Below, in pieces: positions 53,101 through 63,860 of a DNA stretch of 64,000 nucleotides. The DNA comes from Salpingoeca rosetta (Eukaryota > Protista > Choanoflagellata): assembly GCA_033442325.1 (NCBI GenBank), contig JAWQFM010000021.1, positions 666,022-730,021 on the forward strand, given 5' to 3'. Numbering within the stretch: the first letter of the stretch is position 1; each line of letters starts with the position of its first letter. The notes beneath the pieces were generated by a model. The model was not told where the DNA came from. It worked only from the letters and a program-made list of their open reading frames with translations, and ran no database searches. The translations under genes were made by a program, and so were the position numbers.

Positions 53101-56100
53101 GGACGCCGATTCGCAGCATGGTGCAGACCGCACGCTTGGAGCTCGGGCTCACCATCCGCGAACTTGCACTGGATGCAGACGAAGTACCAGGCAAGCTTAG
53201 GCCCCTTGCCACACTTGAATCCGGCCTTTCAGCGATGACACCCACCTTGGCGTGGCCACGTATGCCTGGGTGGCTGTCCGTGCCGCGCACGGCGCTCATC
53301 ACGGGCGGATCTGGAAGCCTCGGCCTTCAGACGGCGTGGGTTCTGGCTGAGGAAGGGTTTGCGCGCGTGGTGCTGATGGGGCGTCGATCCACGAAAGCCC
53401 TGTCCCCTGAAACGCGGGACGCAATGGAGCACATGCAGTTGCGCTTTGGCACGAAGGTCTCGTACGTGTCACTTGATTTCACTGCAAGTGATTCAGAGAT
53501 GCAGGATGCAATGCGGAGTCTTGCAAGCGTGTTGGGCGATGCACGCACCATTGATTGCATTGTGCATGCTGCAGGCATCAACAAGGACAAGCCCTTCTCC
53601 AGCCTGACATGGGATGATGTGACTGCTGTTCGCTCAAGCAAGGGCAAGGCCCTTGACGTCCTGTTGCGCCAGCTGGCCACGGCTGACATCGCTGTGGGCA
53701 TGGCCCTGTTGTATTCGTCAATCAGCGCTGTGTTTGGCGCGCGCGGGCAAGCGAACTACAGCCTGGCCAATGGAGAGCTCATTGCCCAGGCAGCGTCTCT
53801 CACTGCCGCTGGAACCCCCGCGTGTGCCATCTGCTGGGGACCCTGTGCCAACTCGGCCATGGTGGACAGCTTGACAGCTGCCCACATCGCACGCATGCGA
53901 GCGCATGGTGTTGACCTGCTGTCTGTCAGCGAATTTCGCACGGCCCTGCGCCAGGCGCTGGCAACGGTGGCAACATGCGGCGAGGCCACCAAACCCACTG
54001 CACTTGTGGCCTATGCCAAATGCGATGGTGATGCGCAGGCAGAGGAGACACCAACAAAGGCACAGCAGGAGTCTGCCAGAGCTGAAGCGTGGAACGAAGA
54101 GGATCTTGTCACGGAAATGTCCGACATTGCCCGCACAGTGTTGTGTTTGCGAGGTGAGGTTGGAGATCCGGATGAAACGACCTTTGGAGACTTGGGCGTG
54201 GACTCGCTGCTGGCGGTTGACATCCAGAAGGAGGTGCAGGAGCGCTTTGGCGTAGCCGTCACAGCGACGTTTGTGTATGATTACCCAACGCTGCGCGAAG
54301 CAGCAAGGCACGTGCGGTCGCTGCTGTCATCTGTCACTCCCGCTGTCAGTGGCGACATGTCACTGGTGCCGTTCCGACACAGCCAGGAGATTGCGGTTGT
54401 TGGCGTTGGGCTGCGGTTTGCCGGATGCGACGACGAGGCGTCGTTCTGGCGCATGCTGGAGGGCGGGGCGTGCACGGTGTCGACGCTGGCATCGCACGCC
54501 GGGCAGCGCACGTGGCAGCTGCAGCGGCCCATCAGCCAGGGCGGCGTGCTGTCGGACGTGAAGAGCTTTGACGCTGCGCTGTTCAACATCTCCAACCGGG
54601 AAGCCGTGAGCATGGACCCGCAGCAGCGGATCATGCTTGAGACTTACTACCGCGCGCTGGAGAGTGCTGGGATGAACGCTTGAGCAGGCGCGCGCGGTGC
54701 GGACGGGGGTGAGGATTGGGTCTGTGAGAACGAGTACCACAAGGTGCTTGAGCATGAGCGTGCAGCGGGGACGCTATGAGGCGCAGGCTGGGCACATGAT
54801 CACGGGGAACCCGAGCAGTGTGCTTGCTGGGCGCGTGTGCGTATGCGCTTGGGCTCAAGGGTCCGAGCGTTCTTTGTGGACACTGCATGTTCGACGTCGC
54901 TTGTTGCTGTGCATCTTGGATGCCAGTCGCTGCGCAGTGGCGAGAGCGATGTTGTGCTTGCGGGCGGCGTGAACATTGTGCTGCTGCCTGACGGCAACAT
55001 CCACTTGACGAAGACGCGAATGCTGTCGAAGCAAGGGCAGTGCCGGGCGTTTGATGCGAGCGCGGACGGGTATGTGCGGTCTGAAGGGTGTGGCGTTGTT
55101 GTGCTGAAGCGGCTGGAGGACGCGGTGCGCGACTGCGACCCGATCCGGGCCGTGATCCGGGGCAGCGCGATGAACCAGGACGGGCGGTCGTCTGGGCTGA
55201 CTGCGCCGAATGGCCCCGCGCAGACGGCAGTGATTGAGGCTGCGCTGCGCAGTGCGGGCGTTGCGGCTGGGGATGTTGAGATGCTTGAGGCGCACGGGAC
55301 GGGGACGCCGCTTGGGGATCCGATGGAGATGCAGGCGGCGATTGCGGCGCTGCGCAAGGGCGAGAGTGCGTGTGGGCGCGTGCTGCATGTAGGGTCGATC
55401 AAGTCGAACATTGGGCATGCGGAGGCGGCGGCTGGTGTTGCGGGCCTGATCAAGGCGATCCTGAGTGTTGAGCGTGGTGTGATTCCGCGGCACGTGCACT
55501 TTGAGGAGCTGAATCCTGCGATTGGGGAGCTACCGCCGAGCGTGCGTGTTGCGACGGAGACGACGGAGTGGCAGAACCCTGAGGCTGATGATGGTGCACC
55601 TTTGCTTCTCGCTGATGGCTCTGGAGCTCGTTTGCTTGGTCACCGCATCGCTGGTGTAAGCTCGTTTGGCTTCAGCGGCACCAACTGCCACGTTGTGGTT
55701 CAGAATACGCATTTGCTCGACACCGAGTCCCTTGCTGCGCCACCGCCGATTCCCCTCGTGTTCTGCTTTGGCAGCCCCTCAGCCGCACACACCTCTCATC
55801 GCCTGCGCCAGTGCATGGCCGGCCTCTCGTCGTCGGACAACGCTGTTGACTTGTTGGGCCTGTGGCTATTTCTCGCTGACAACACCTCCGACTTTGCGCC
55901 TGAGGTCGTGATTGTTGCTCGCACGCGCCAGGACTTCTTGACGGCTGCGTCGACCATCCTCAGCTCGAGCGATGATGCGGAAACCAAGCTTGCCGTGCGC
56001 GTGAGCCACGAGGATGAGCTGCTGCAGCAAGGCGTGTCACCCTTTGACGTGTTTGACGTCTCTGGCCTGGACGACTGGAAACGCGTGCTTCCCTGGATTG

Positions 56101-59100
56101 AAACCACAGCGGACGCTGCGACGGTTGCAGAATTGGCATCCGCATTGCCGCTCTCGGAGTTCCTTGGCCGCGTGCTCATCCCACACCTGCAGTCTGAGGT
56201 GTCGGACGAGTCCTCCACATCGCCGACGGCGCTGCACGACGTGAACCGTCGCGTGTTGGCACCGGTAGTGCAAGAGCTGCTGCATCTTGGCGGCACGGGC
56301 GCGACCCTGGCTGACATTCGCCGCACCTCCAGCTACAGCAAATGGACGACGCAGTTCATGTCCAAGCGATACTGGCTCACGCCTGGTCCAGGCCTGACGC
56401 CAGAGTGTGCTGCGATGGATACGATGCACACGCTGGAATGGACGACCACGCCGCTTCCGCTTGAACCTCGCGTCACCGCCCGCCGGGAGCGCGCACCCAA
56501 GGGGGTGGTGCTGCTTGACCTGTTTGGTGCTGCCGACGATGCCCTGCGAAGCGAGTTGCCCCATCGCGTGGATGTGCTTTGCAAGGACGGCACTGCGTGC
56601 TCTGTGAGCAAATGCAGCCTGGCTAGCGCCAAGGGCAGCACAACAGCGACGTTGACGACGTCGTTCGATCTGGCGCCGGCCGACGTGACGCCTCAGCGCG
56701 TGTTCGCCCTGCTTTCTCCTCGGTCCCTTGGCTGGACTGCGGTGCAAGCTGCGGTGGTGTGCGTGCCACAGCTTACCGCGACCGTCAGCATGGCGGCGGT
56801 CGTGCAACAACTGTACCCGTGGCTGCTCAAGTGCATCCAGGAGGGAGTGCGCCTGCGTGTGCTGGTGCCGGAGACGCTTGGCTCGTCAGCCAGCTCTGGC
56901 CGTGCTGTTCGCAAGTGGCAGGCGCTGACCGCGGCTGTTCGCACCGCCTGTCTTGAGCAGCAAACTGTGGATCACGCTGTGGTGTTTGTTGGGGCTGGCG
57001 TTGCGCAGCGTGACCTGGCCAGCGTGCTTCTCGCTGTGGACGACCTGCCACCCGTGACGGGCTTGGTTGCCAGCACTTCCCCGAACAAGGGCATGGATGC
57101 GGTATACTTGGAGCCGCGCGCTGTTCCCCTGTCCCAGAGCAGTGCCTTGACGCAGGGCAGGCTTGTGCCCTCGGCGCACGCGACTGCGCCAGGTGTCGCA
57201 ACTGGTGACGTGGCTGAGGTCGTGCTTGTGACGGGTGGCTCTGGTGCACTGGCACAGGTGGCGCGGGACACGCTGGCGCAGCAGTGCTCGTTGTTGGTGC
57301 TGCTGACGCGTGCGGAGTGTGCTGCCGCACAACCGCTGCCACGCGGCTATCTCCGTGGGCATGTGGTGTCGATGACGTGCGACATCACGGACCCGCGCAG
57401 CGTCAGGCTCTTGCTTGTTCGCTTGGGCAGCCTGGTGAAGAAGACACAACCGCAGCGGCGGATTCGGGTGACGAGCGTCGTCCACACGGCTGGGTGCACG
57501 CGCGATGCCCCCATCCGCCACCAGACGCCGGACCTGTTTGAGGAGGTGATGCAGCCGAAAGTGGCTGGTCTGCGCATCCTGCTGCAGGAGCTGTTTTCGT
57601 GCGGGCACAGGTGTGAGAGCGTGCTACTCTTCTCGTCTTCCAGTGCCGTGCTGGGCAGCCCGGGCCAGCTCAACTATGCCGTTGCCAATGCGCTGGCAGA
57701 CGCAACTGCACGCGAGCTTGTGCCCAACACGCACACGATCCACTTTGGGCCTTGGGACCCTGCCGTCGGTGGCATGACGGCGCAGCTGTCGTTGGCCAAC
57801 AGGGTGCGCATCGAGAGCCATGGCATGGGCTTCATCACGGAGGCGCAGGGCAAGCTGGCGCTCGCCAGCCTGTGGGCGACATGTCGCCCCGGCCGTGCTG
57901 ACGAGTTTGCGGAGCAGGTCACCTGGCAGGAGGTTGCGTGCATTGCGCTTGCCCAGACATCACCTCTCACGCCCAGCGCAGGTGCTGCTGACACGCAAAG
58001 GCCAGCAGCGGCCACCTCTCACGCCGCAGTTGCAACAGGGGCGCACCCAGCAGCCGGTGGCGGCCCGTCAGATGTACGAGAGCTTGTTGCTCGGCTGCTC
58101 GGCATGGATGTTTGGGACTTGGATGACAAGTCGCCGCTGCTCGCGTTTGGTCTTGATTCGCTGGTGGCGGTGGAGCTCCAGGGACAGCTGCAGCGGCTGT
58201 TTGGCGTCACGCTGTCCTCTGACGAGCTGCTGAGCCCGAGCTGCTCCGTCTCGTTCCTCGCTCGGGAACAGGCCGTCGCAGCAGCCCGCAAGCAGCAAGA
58301 GGCGGAGGCGGAGGCGTGGGCAAGCGAGGCAACAGCCACAGCACCCACACCAGCGCAAAGCGGCGGCATTGTGGGGTTTGTCCCACCAACGCCCACCGCC
58401 GCTGCTGCCGCCGCCAGTGGAGGTGGACTGGAGGCGGCAGACTTTGGCGTGCTGGAGTTGCTTCGCAGCCTTCCTCTAGCGCCCGCGCTGCTGTCAGACA
58501 TTGACTCGCTGTTGTCCAAGCTGCGTGGGCCCACAGCCATCCCTGCTGGTCCCCTGAGCGGTGGCGGGCGCGCGGCAACCCCAACGGCCGTGCAGCTGCT
58601 GGACCGGTACGGTGCACGGTTTGGGCGGGGGCGATCCGGGTCGCGAACACCAACACCGCAGCCGCGCACGGCCTCCCCTGCATTCAGGCCGCCACAGCTG
58701 GCGTCCAGGCTGCACCACGTTCAGCAGCAACAGCAGCAGCTGCAGCTGCTGCAGCAGCAGGGTCAGTACCACCCATCCACATCTGATGCGGGTTCGGAAG
58801 CTGCTGTTCGCAGGCCTGGTGGTGTGCTGACAGAGCTGTCACTGAACCAGCGTGCCATGTGGTATCTGTGGAAGACCCTCCCCCAGGCAGATGCGTACAA
58901 CATCTGCTACGTTGCGCGTGCGCGGCAGAAGCTGGACGTTGCTCGCTTGGAGCAGAGCCTTGCCGCTGTCGTGGACCACCACGCTTGCCTGCGACAGGTG
59001 TTTGATGAGGAGACGGGAGATCCGAGCACGCTGACGGTTGCCGATGCCCTCCGCTTCACGACCCGACCCATTCCAGGCGTGGGCCACGACCAAGATGTGG

Positions 59101-62100
59101 CAGCAACAACAACTGCAGCTTCGACAGCAGAAGAAACGCCGGAGCAGGCAGTGCTGCGTGCCGTGGCCCAAGTCCTGCGGCAGCAATGGTCGCTCTCTGA
59201 GGGCCCTGTTGTGGACTGCATGGTGTTTGCAAATGCCACGGAGCAGTACGTGGCCTTGTTTGTGCACCACATCTCTGCCGACTTTGTTGCGCTGCACACA
59301 CTTGCGGAGGAGTGGATGGCGCTGTACGCTGGCCGCTCTGCGCTGCCATCCGGTGCGGTGGAGCCGACATACAAGGACTTCATTGCCTGGCAGGCGCAAC
59401 AGCAGGTGGCCCTGCGCGATGCCGCCCTCTCCTACTACGAGGCGGAGCTGAGCCGCCTGCCGGCAGACCGGTCCCAGTTGCCGCCCGAGCTGCGTGCGGG
59501 CGACGAGGACAGCGGTGACGTTGACGGTGGCGGTGGCGCTGATCACGGCCACTCCGTGCAGTTCACCCTGCCACGCACGGAAGGGGATGCCCTGCTTGCC
59601 ACCAGCAGGCAGCAGCACGTGACGGTGTTTGCGCTGCTGTTGTCGCTGTATCAGCTCGTGCTGTCGCACGCGGCCAGCGAGCGTGAGCTGTGCGTGCTGT
59701 GCCCGACCGCGGGTCGCCCCGCCGAGTTTCGGCAGGTGGTGGGGCACTTCATCAACACGGTGCCCGTGCACACAACGGTGGACATGTCACGCACGCTTGC
59801 CCAGCACGTGCAAGCGGTGTTTGCAGGTGTGCAGCGCGCCATGCGCTTCCAGCACTTTTTCTTCTCCAACGTGGTGCGTGCCATGCCCCATGTGCGGCGG
59901 GCAGGTGCCAGTCAGCCCATCAGCGACGTGGCCCTCAACTTCTTTGACACCGGCGGCCTGCGCAGTCACGGCGTGCGTGGCGACAGTGGTGCGAGTGGGA
60001 CGAGTGGTGCGAGTAGTGCGCTGGAAGCCTTGACTGTGGCCCAGCAGATGACTGCGTTCGCGCTGATGCTTCATGTGGTTCGCAAGGGTGACGGCGAGTG
60101 GCACGTTGAGCTGCGCTCCCGAAAGAGCACCGCGGCAGCCCGTGAGTGCCTGGCGCGTATGTCGTGGCAGCTGGAGACGGTGATGCGGCGACTCGCAGCA
60201 AACCGCGAAGGCGTGCTTGCAGGCAACATTGGGCACACCATGGTGCAGGCGGACGTGCTGAGCCTGTATCGCTTCCAGCCACAGCACGAGCACCAGCTGC
60301 TGCATGAGCTGTCGCGGCAAGGCCTGGAGCGCGGCGCATGTTCGCTGTCGGACCTGGCCGTCGCCGACGAGGACGGCGAGCTCACGGTTGCCGAGTACCT
60401 GTGGCTGGCCAACCGCGTGCATGCGTGGCTGACGGACAAGGGCCTGCCCAAGGGCACCCCCGTGGGGCTGGACATGCCCAAGTGCCGGTATCAGCTGGCT
60501 GCGGCCGTGGGTGTGCTGCAGGCTGGCTGTGCGTTTGTGCCGTTCTCGGGAACGTGGCCGGATGAGCGCACGGCGCTGGTGCGAGACAAGTGCGAGCTGC
60601 GGGTTGTGCTGTCGATTCGCGGCGCCGGTGCCCCCGCTCTGCAAGGACTGGAGCGCATCGAGCTTGACGCGTTGCACGAGGACCTCCGGACGCAGCTCGG
60701 CGCTGCGAAGGGCACGAGCTTGGTCGGCTCGAGCCTGGTGGCTGATGCCAAGCTGGTTGAGCCGCTGGTGCCGTTTGCGCAGGTGATGCCAGAGGACCCG
60801 GCGTACATCCTGTTTACCTCGGGCAGCACGGGCACGCCCAAGGGGGTGGTGGTGCAGCATGGTGGCGCGTGCAACACGGTCATCAACACGGCAGACGTGT
60901 TTGGCATGTCAGCCCTGGAGCGTGGGTTCCGCGTGTTTGCCATCACGCAGCTGACGTTTGATCTTGCCATCTTTGACACGTTCTCAGCGCACATGTGCGG
61001 TGGTGCCGTGATTGTGCCAACGGACCGCATCAGCCGGGACCCCGAGGCGTGGGTGGACCTTTGCCACAAGTACCAAGTGACCACGTGGAACAGCGTGCCT
61101 GCGTTTGCGCAGATGCTGTGCGAGTACTGCGAGACGCTTGAGCTGCGTGCGCCGTCCATCCGGCACTTTATGCTCAGCGGCGACTTTGTGCCGCTGCCGC
61201 TGCCTGCACAGCTGCGCCGCGTGACCACGCCGGAGTGCGCTGTGCTCGCGCTTGGTGGGTGCACGGAGACGAGCATCTGGAACAACTTCTTTGACGTGAA
61301 GGAGGTGTGTGACGACTGGCGCACCATTCCCTACGGGTACTCCTTGCCCGGACAGCGGGTGCTTGTGCTGGACGAGAACCTGCAGCCGTGCGCCGTGGGC
61401 GAAGAAGGGCAGCTGTACATTGCCGGCGACAGCGTGGCCATTGGCTACTACAAGTCGCCAGACCTCACGCGCCGCGCGTTTGTGCCCCTGCCAGGGTGCC
61501 TGTTGAACGAGGATGGCGAACTTGCCAGCACCGCCGGAGAGGGCGCATGGCCGGGCTCGGCTGTGCTTGGACTGAGCGAGTGGGAGAGGGTGCTGCCACG
61601 GCGGCTGTACGCGACGGGTGACCGTGTTGTGCTGCTTTCTGACGGCGCGCTGTCGCTGCTGGGGCGCATCGACTTCCAGGTGAAGATTGGCGGCTTCCGC
61701 GTGGAGCTGAATGAGATTGACGCGCACCTGTCGCGCTTCCCCGGCATCCACACGTCATGCGTGGTGGTGATCAACAAGCAGCTGGTGGCGTACTTTTGCA
61801 CCAAGTTGCCCACGACAGCCACACCAACTGCAACAACTGCAACAGCAGGGGGCGCAGAAGGAAGCGCGCAGACGCCAGCAGAGGGGCGCCCGGAATGGAG
61901 CACGGAGGCGTTGGTGGAGTTCCTGCGCACGAAATTGCCAGACTACATGGTGCCTGAGCGATACATTGAGCTTGAGTCGTTGCCGCTGAACGTGAACGGC
62001 AAGATTGACCGCAAGATGCTGATGAAGCCCGAGTTTGCGGCTGAGGCGGCGACGGCCGGGCGCGCGCACGAGGTTGGCCCTTCGTCTGGCGTGTCTGATG

Positions 62101-62339
62101 CTGGGGAGCAGGTGCTTCGGGTGTGGCAGGACGTGCTTTTGTCTGGACTGCCCATCCCTGATGTGCGCGTTGTGCTGAAGGAGACCATCAAGCAGGCGGG
62201 CGGCGATTCGCTGTCGACTGTCATGTTTGTGTCGCGGCTGCGCAAGCAAGGCTTTGCCCTCAGCTTGCAAGCGGTTGGTCCAGACACCACGCTGGAACAA
62301 GTCATTGCTCTTGTCGAACGCAAGCAGAGCAAGGCCTGA
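31822..62339 (+). CDS. Giant hybrid type I PKS-NRPS: MT-GNAT-ACP | KS-DH-ER-KR-ACP | KS-AT-KR-ACP | KS-KR-ACP | KS-KR-ACP | KS-KR-ACP | C-A-PCP (frame breaks at ~42890, ~50630, 54675-54870)
   Basis: Four consecutive ORFs (31822-42942, 42848-50683, 50577-54683, 54837-62339) join within or at the start of KS domains with no intron-like sequence. Five KS (TACS, HGTGT, GHxExAAG), one AT (GHSLG, HAFHS), five KR, six ACP, C (HHISAD), A (FTSGSTGTPKG), PCP (GGDSL). Confidence 0.93.
35410..42245 (+). other. PKS module 1: KS-(AT remnant)-DH-ER-KR-ACP, fully reducing
   Basis: KS HTACSSS; DH HVIMQQELLPGA and LDAGMQ; ER SLNFRDVL..LYPG and HAGAGGVG; KR GGLGALG, HAAGVTSD, YAGAN; ACP GLDSV. Confidence 0.85.
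42325..46790 (+). other. PKS module 2: KS-AT(malonyl)-KR-ACP
   Basis: KS DTACSSS; AT FCGQGSQ, GHSLGE, AVNGP, VSHAFHS; KR GGLGQLG, HCAGVTRD, YAAAN; ACP GFDSI. Confidence 0.88.
46841..50510 (+). other. PKS module 3: KS-KR-ACP (AT-less)
   Basis: KS DTACSTS; KR GGAGKLG, GQAFYASGN; ACP GLESF. Confidence 0.83.
47478..55575 (+). repeat. Three near-identical ~550-bp KS 3' segments (47478-48028, 51290-51844, 55025-55575); the KS3 5' half (46844-47330) also recurs at 54387-54880
   Basis: Nucleotide strings match almost base for base, including synonymous sites. Confidence 0.93.
50630..54325 (+). other. PKS module 4: KS-KR-ACP (AT-less)
   Basis: KS DTACSSS; linker LPAYPFQHQRYW; KR GGSGSLG, HAAGINKD, GQANYSLAN; ACP GVDSL. 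Confidence 0.85.
54385..58265 (+). other. PKS module 5: KS-KR-ACP (AT-less)
   Basis: KS DTACSTS; KR GGSGALA, HTAGCTRD, GQLNYAVAN; ACP GLDSL. Confidence 0.82.
58830..62339 (+). other. Terminal NRPS module C-A-PCP, no TE or reductase
   Basis: C: LSLNQRAMW, HHISADF, GHFINTVP. A: AYILFTSGSTGTPKG, TFDLAIFD, WNSVP, LSGD, LGGCTETSIW, YATGD, GRIDFQVKIGGFRVEL, NGKIDR. PCP GGDSL, then stop. Confidence 0.9.
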
Positions 62340-63354
62340 GGGTGTGTGTGTGTGGTAGGGGGGGGGGAGTGTGTGGGTGGGTGTATGGGTGTATGGGTGT
62401 ATGGGTGTGTGTGTGTGTGGTGGTGGTGGTGCGCGCGCGCGCGCGGGAAAAGCGCTCATTTGTCAAGAGACCCAGGCAGCAGACACAGCTCCCAGGACGG
62501 CTTGAGCCGTGTGGAGACACACGGGCAGGGCTGACGGGTCGCAAAAGACTCGAAAGCACTGGGAGTGCGCGATGATGGTACAGGAGACGCAATGCGGTTA
62601 CCAATATCGGCAGTGTCGATACATTCCCAACCCCCACAGAGTACTGAAAAAACAACCCGCGATTCAATCGTTCTAACACCCCGGCGTGTGTCGGCTTCGA
62701 TCTAAACCAGTCTCAATTGGCCATACTTGCTCTGCTGGCTAAATCATAACGCTGCTTAGCCCGATAAGGCCTCCGGGGGGTATGTACGATAGAGGAGGGC
62801 TTAAAGGGAAAACAGAAAGCTGTACCATAGATCAACTGATTATAAGGGGGGGGGGAGGGTGTGTGGGTGGGTGTATGGGTGTATGGGTGGTATGGGTGTG
62901 TGTGTGTGTGTGGGTGTGGGTGTGCGCGCGCGCGCGCGTGAGTGTGTGTGTGTATGGGTGGGTGTGTTGAAGGAGAGAAGGTGCGTTGCTTGGGTGTGCT
63001 GAGGGATTAATGTTCTTCAGAGGGTGCGACACTTGTGAGATCTTAGACATGGATTGGTGGACGGAGTGTGTTTTCCCTTGTTTCTGATATGCTTCCATTT
63101 GTCAACTAGAAATGTGATTTGCTTCGTTTGCTTCGCATTGTGTGTTGTGTGTTCATCGCTCTTACTTGCTCTGACTCTCTTTCTTTCTTACTGATTTTCT
63201 TTTCATGTGAGCGTCGTGTGGGGTGTTGAGGCCACTGCGGCGGCCCATCTTACTCGTTGCTGTGCATTTGCTTGAGCGGGAACTTGCATGTGCACGAGGT
63301 AGCAAGGAGAAGATGCCGCCTGTCTCTGTGGGCAACCGCGGTGCCCCATTACAC

Positions 63355-63860
63355 GTTGCTCGATGTGTGGTTTGAGTTTGCCTGATGTGAATAAGCCACT
63401 GTCAGTGTTGTTTATCATCATCTGTGTTTTCATCTCGCATGTGGTCATTTTAGCCATTCGAACATCACTTACTGTATCATGTACTCACTCGCACATTGTA
63501 CCGCGAAAACGATATGGCAAGTCAGAGGTGGAGATGTAACACAAACAGAAACAAAGCGAGAGAGAAAGAAACAGAAAAGGAAACAGGACACAGCACAACA
63601 CAAGCTTGTTGTTGCTCGATGTGTGGTTTGAGTTTGCCTGATGTGAATAAGCCACTGTCAGTGTTGTTTATCATCATCTGTGTGTTTTCATCTCGCATGT
63701 GGTCATTTTAGACATTCGAACATCACTTACTGTATCATGTACTCTCACTCGCTCATTGTACCGCGAAAACGATATGGCAAGCCAAGGGTGGAGATGTAAC
63801 AGAAACAAGGCAAGAGAGAAAGAAACAGAAAAGGAAACAGGACACAACACGACACAAGCT
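63355..63860. repeat. Tandem duplication of a ~256-bp AT-richer unit (63355-63606, 63611-63860)
   Basis: Both copies begin gttgctcgatgtgtggtttgagtttgcctgatg and end ...acacaagct, with a few substitutions and indels. Confidence 0.92.

Noticed and set aside
32800-62300. Long minus-strand and off-frame ORFs over the PKS (e.g. 49557-51764, 46820-47953)
   Set aside because: Shadow ORFs caused by high GC and codon bias; no recognisable domains.
31822-62339. Bacterial contaminant contig
   Set aside because: Contiguous with host genes without a gap, contains host-type CAG/CAA expansions, has (CA)n/(GTT)n upstream and (GT)n downstream, and shows no operon or RBS context.
58830-62339. Link to rosette-inducing bacterial sulfonolipids (RIF/IOR-type)
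   Set aside because: Those lipids arise from cysteate via a PLP-dependent C-C condensation, and no such domain is here. Any resemblance of an acyl-Cys product is too speculative to claim.
62570-62648. Possible C/D snoRNA (ATGATGG...CTGA)
   Set aside because: Imperfect box C, no clear terminal stem or recognisable rRNA guide, and located in suspected low-quality sequence.
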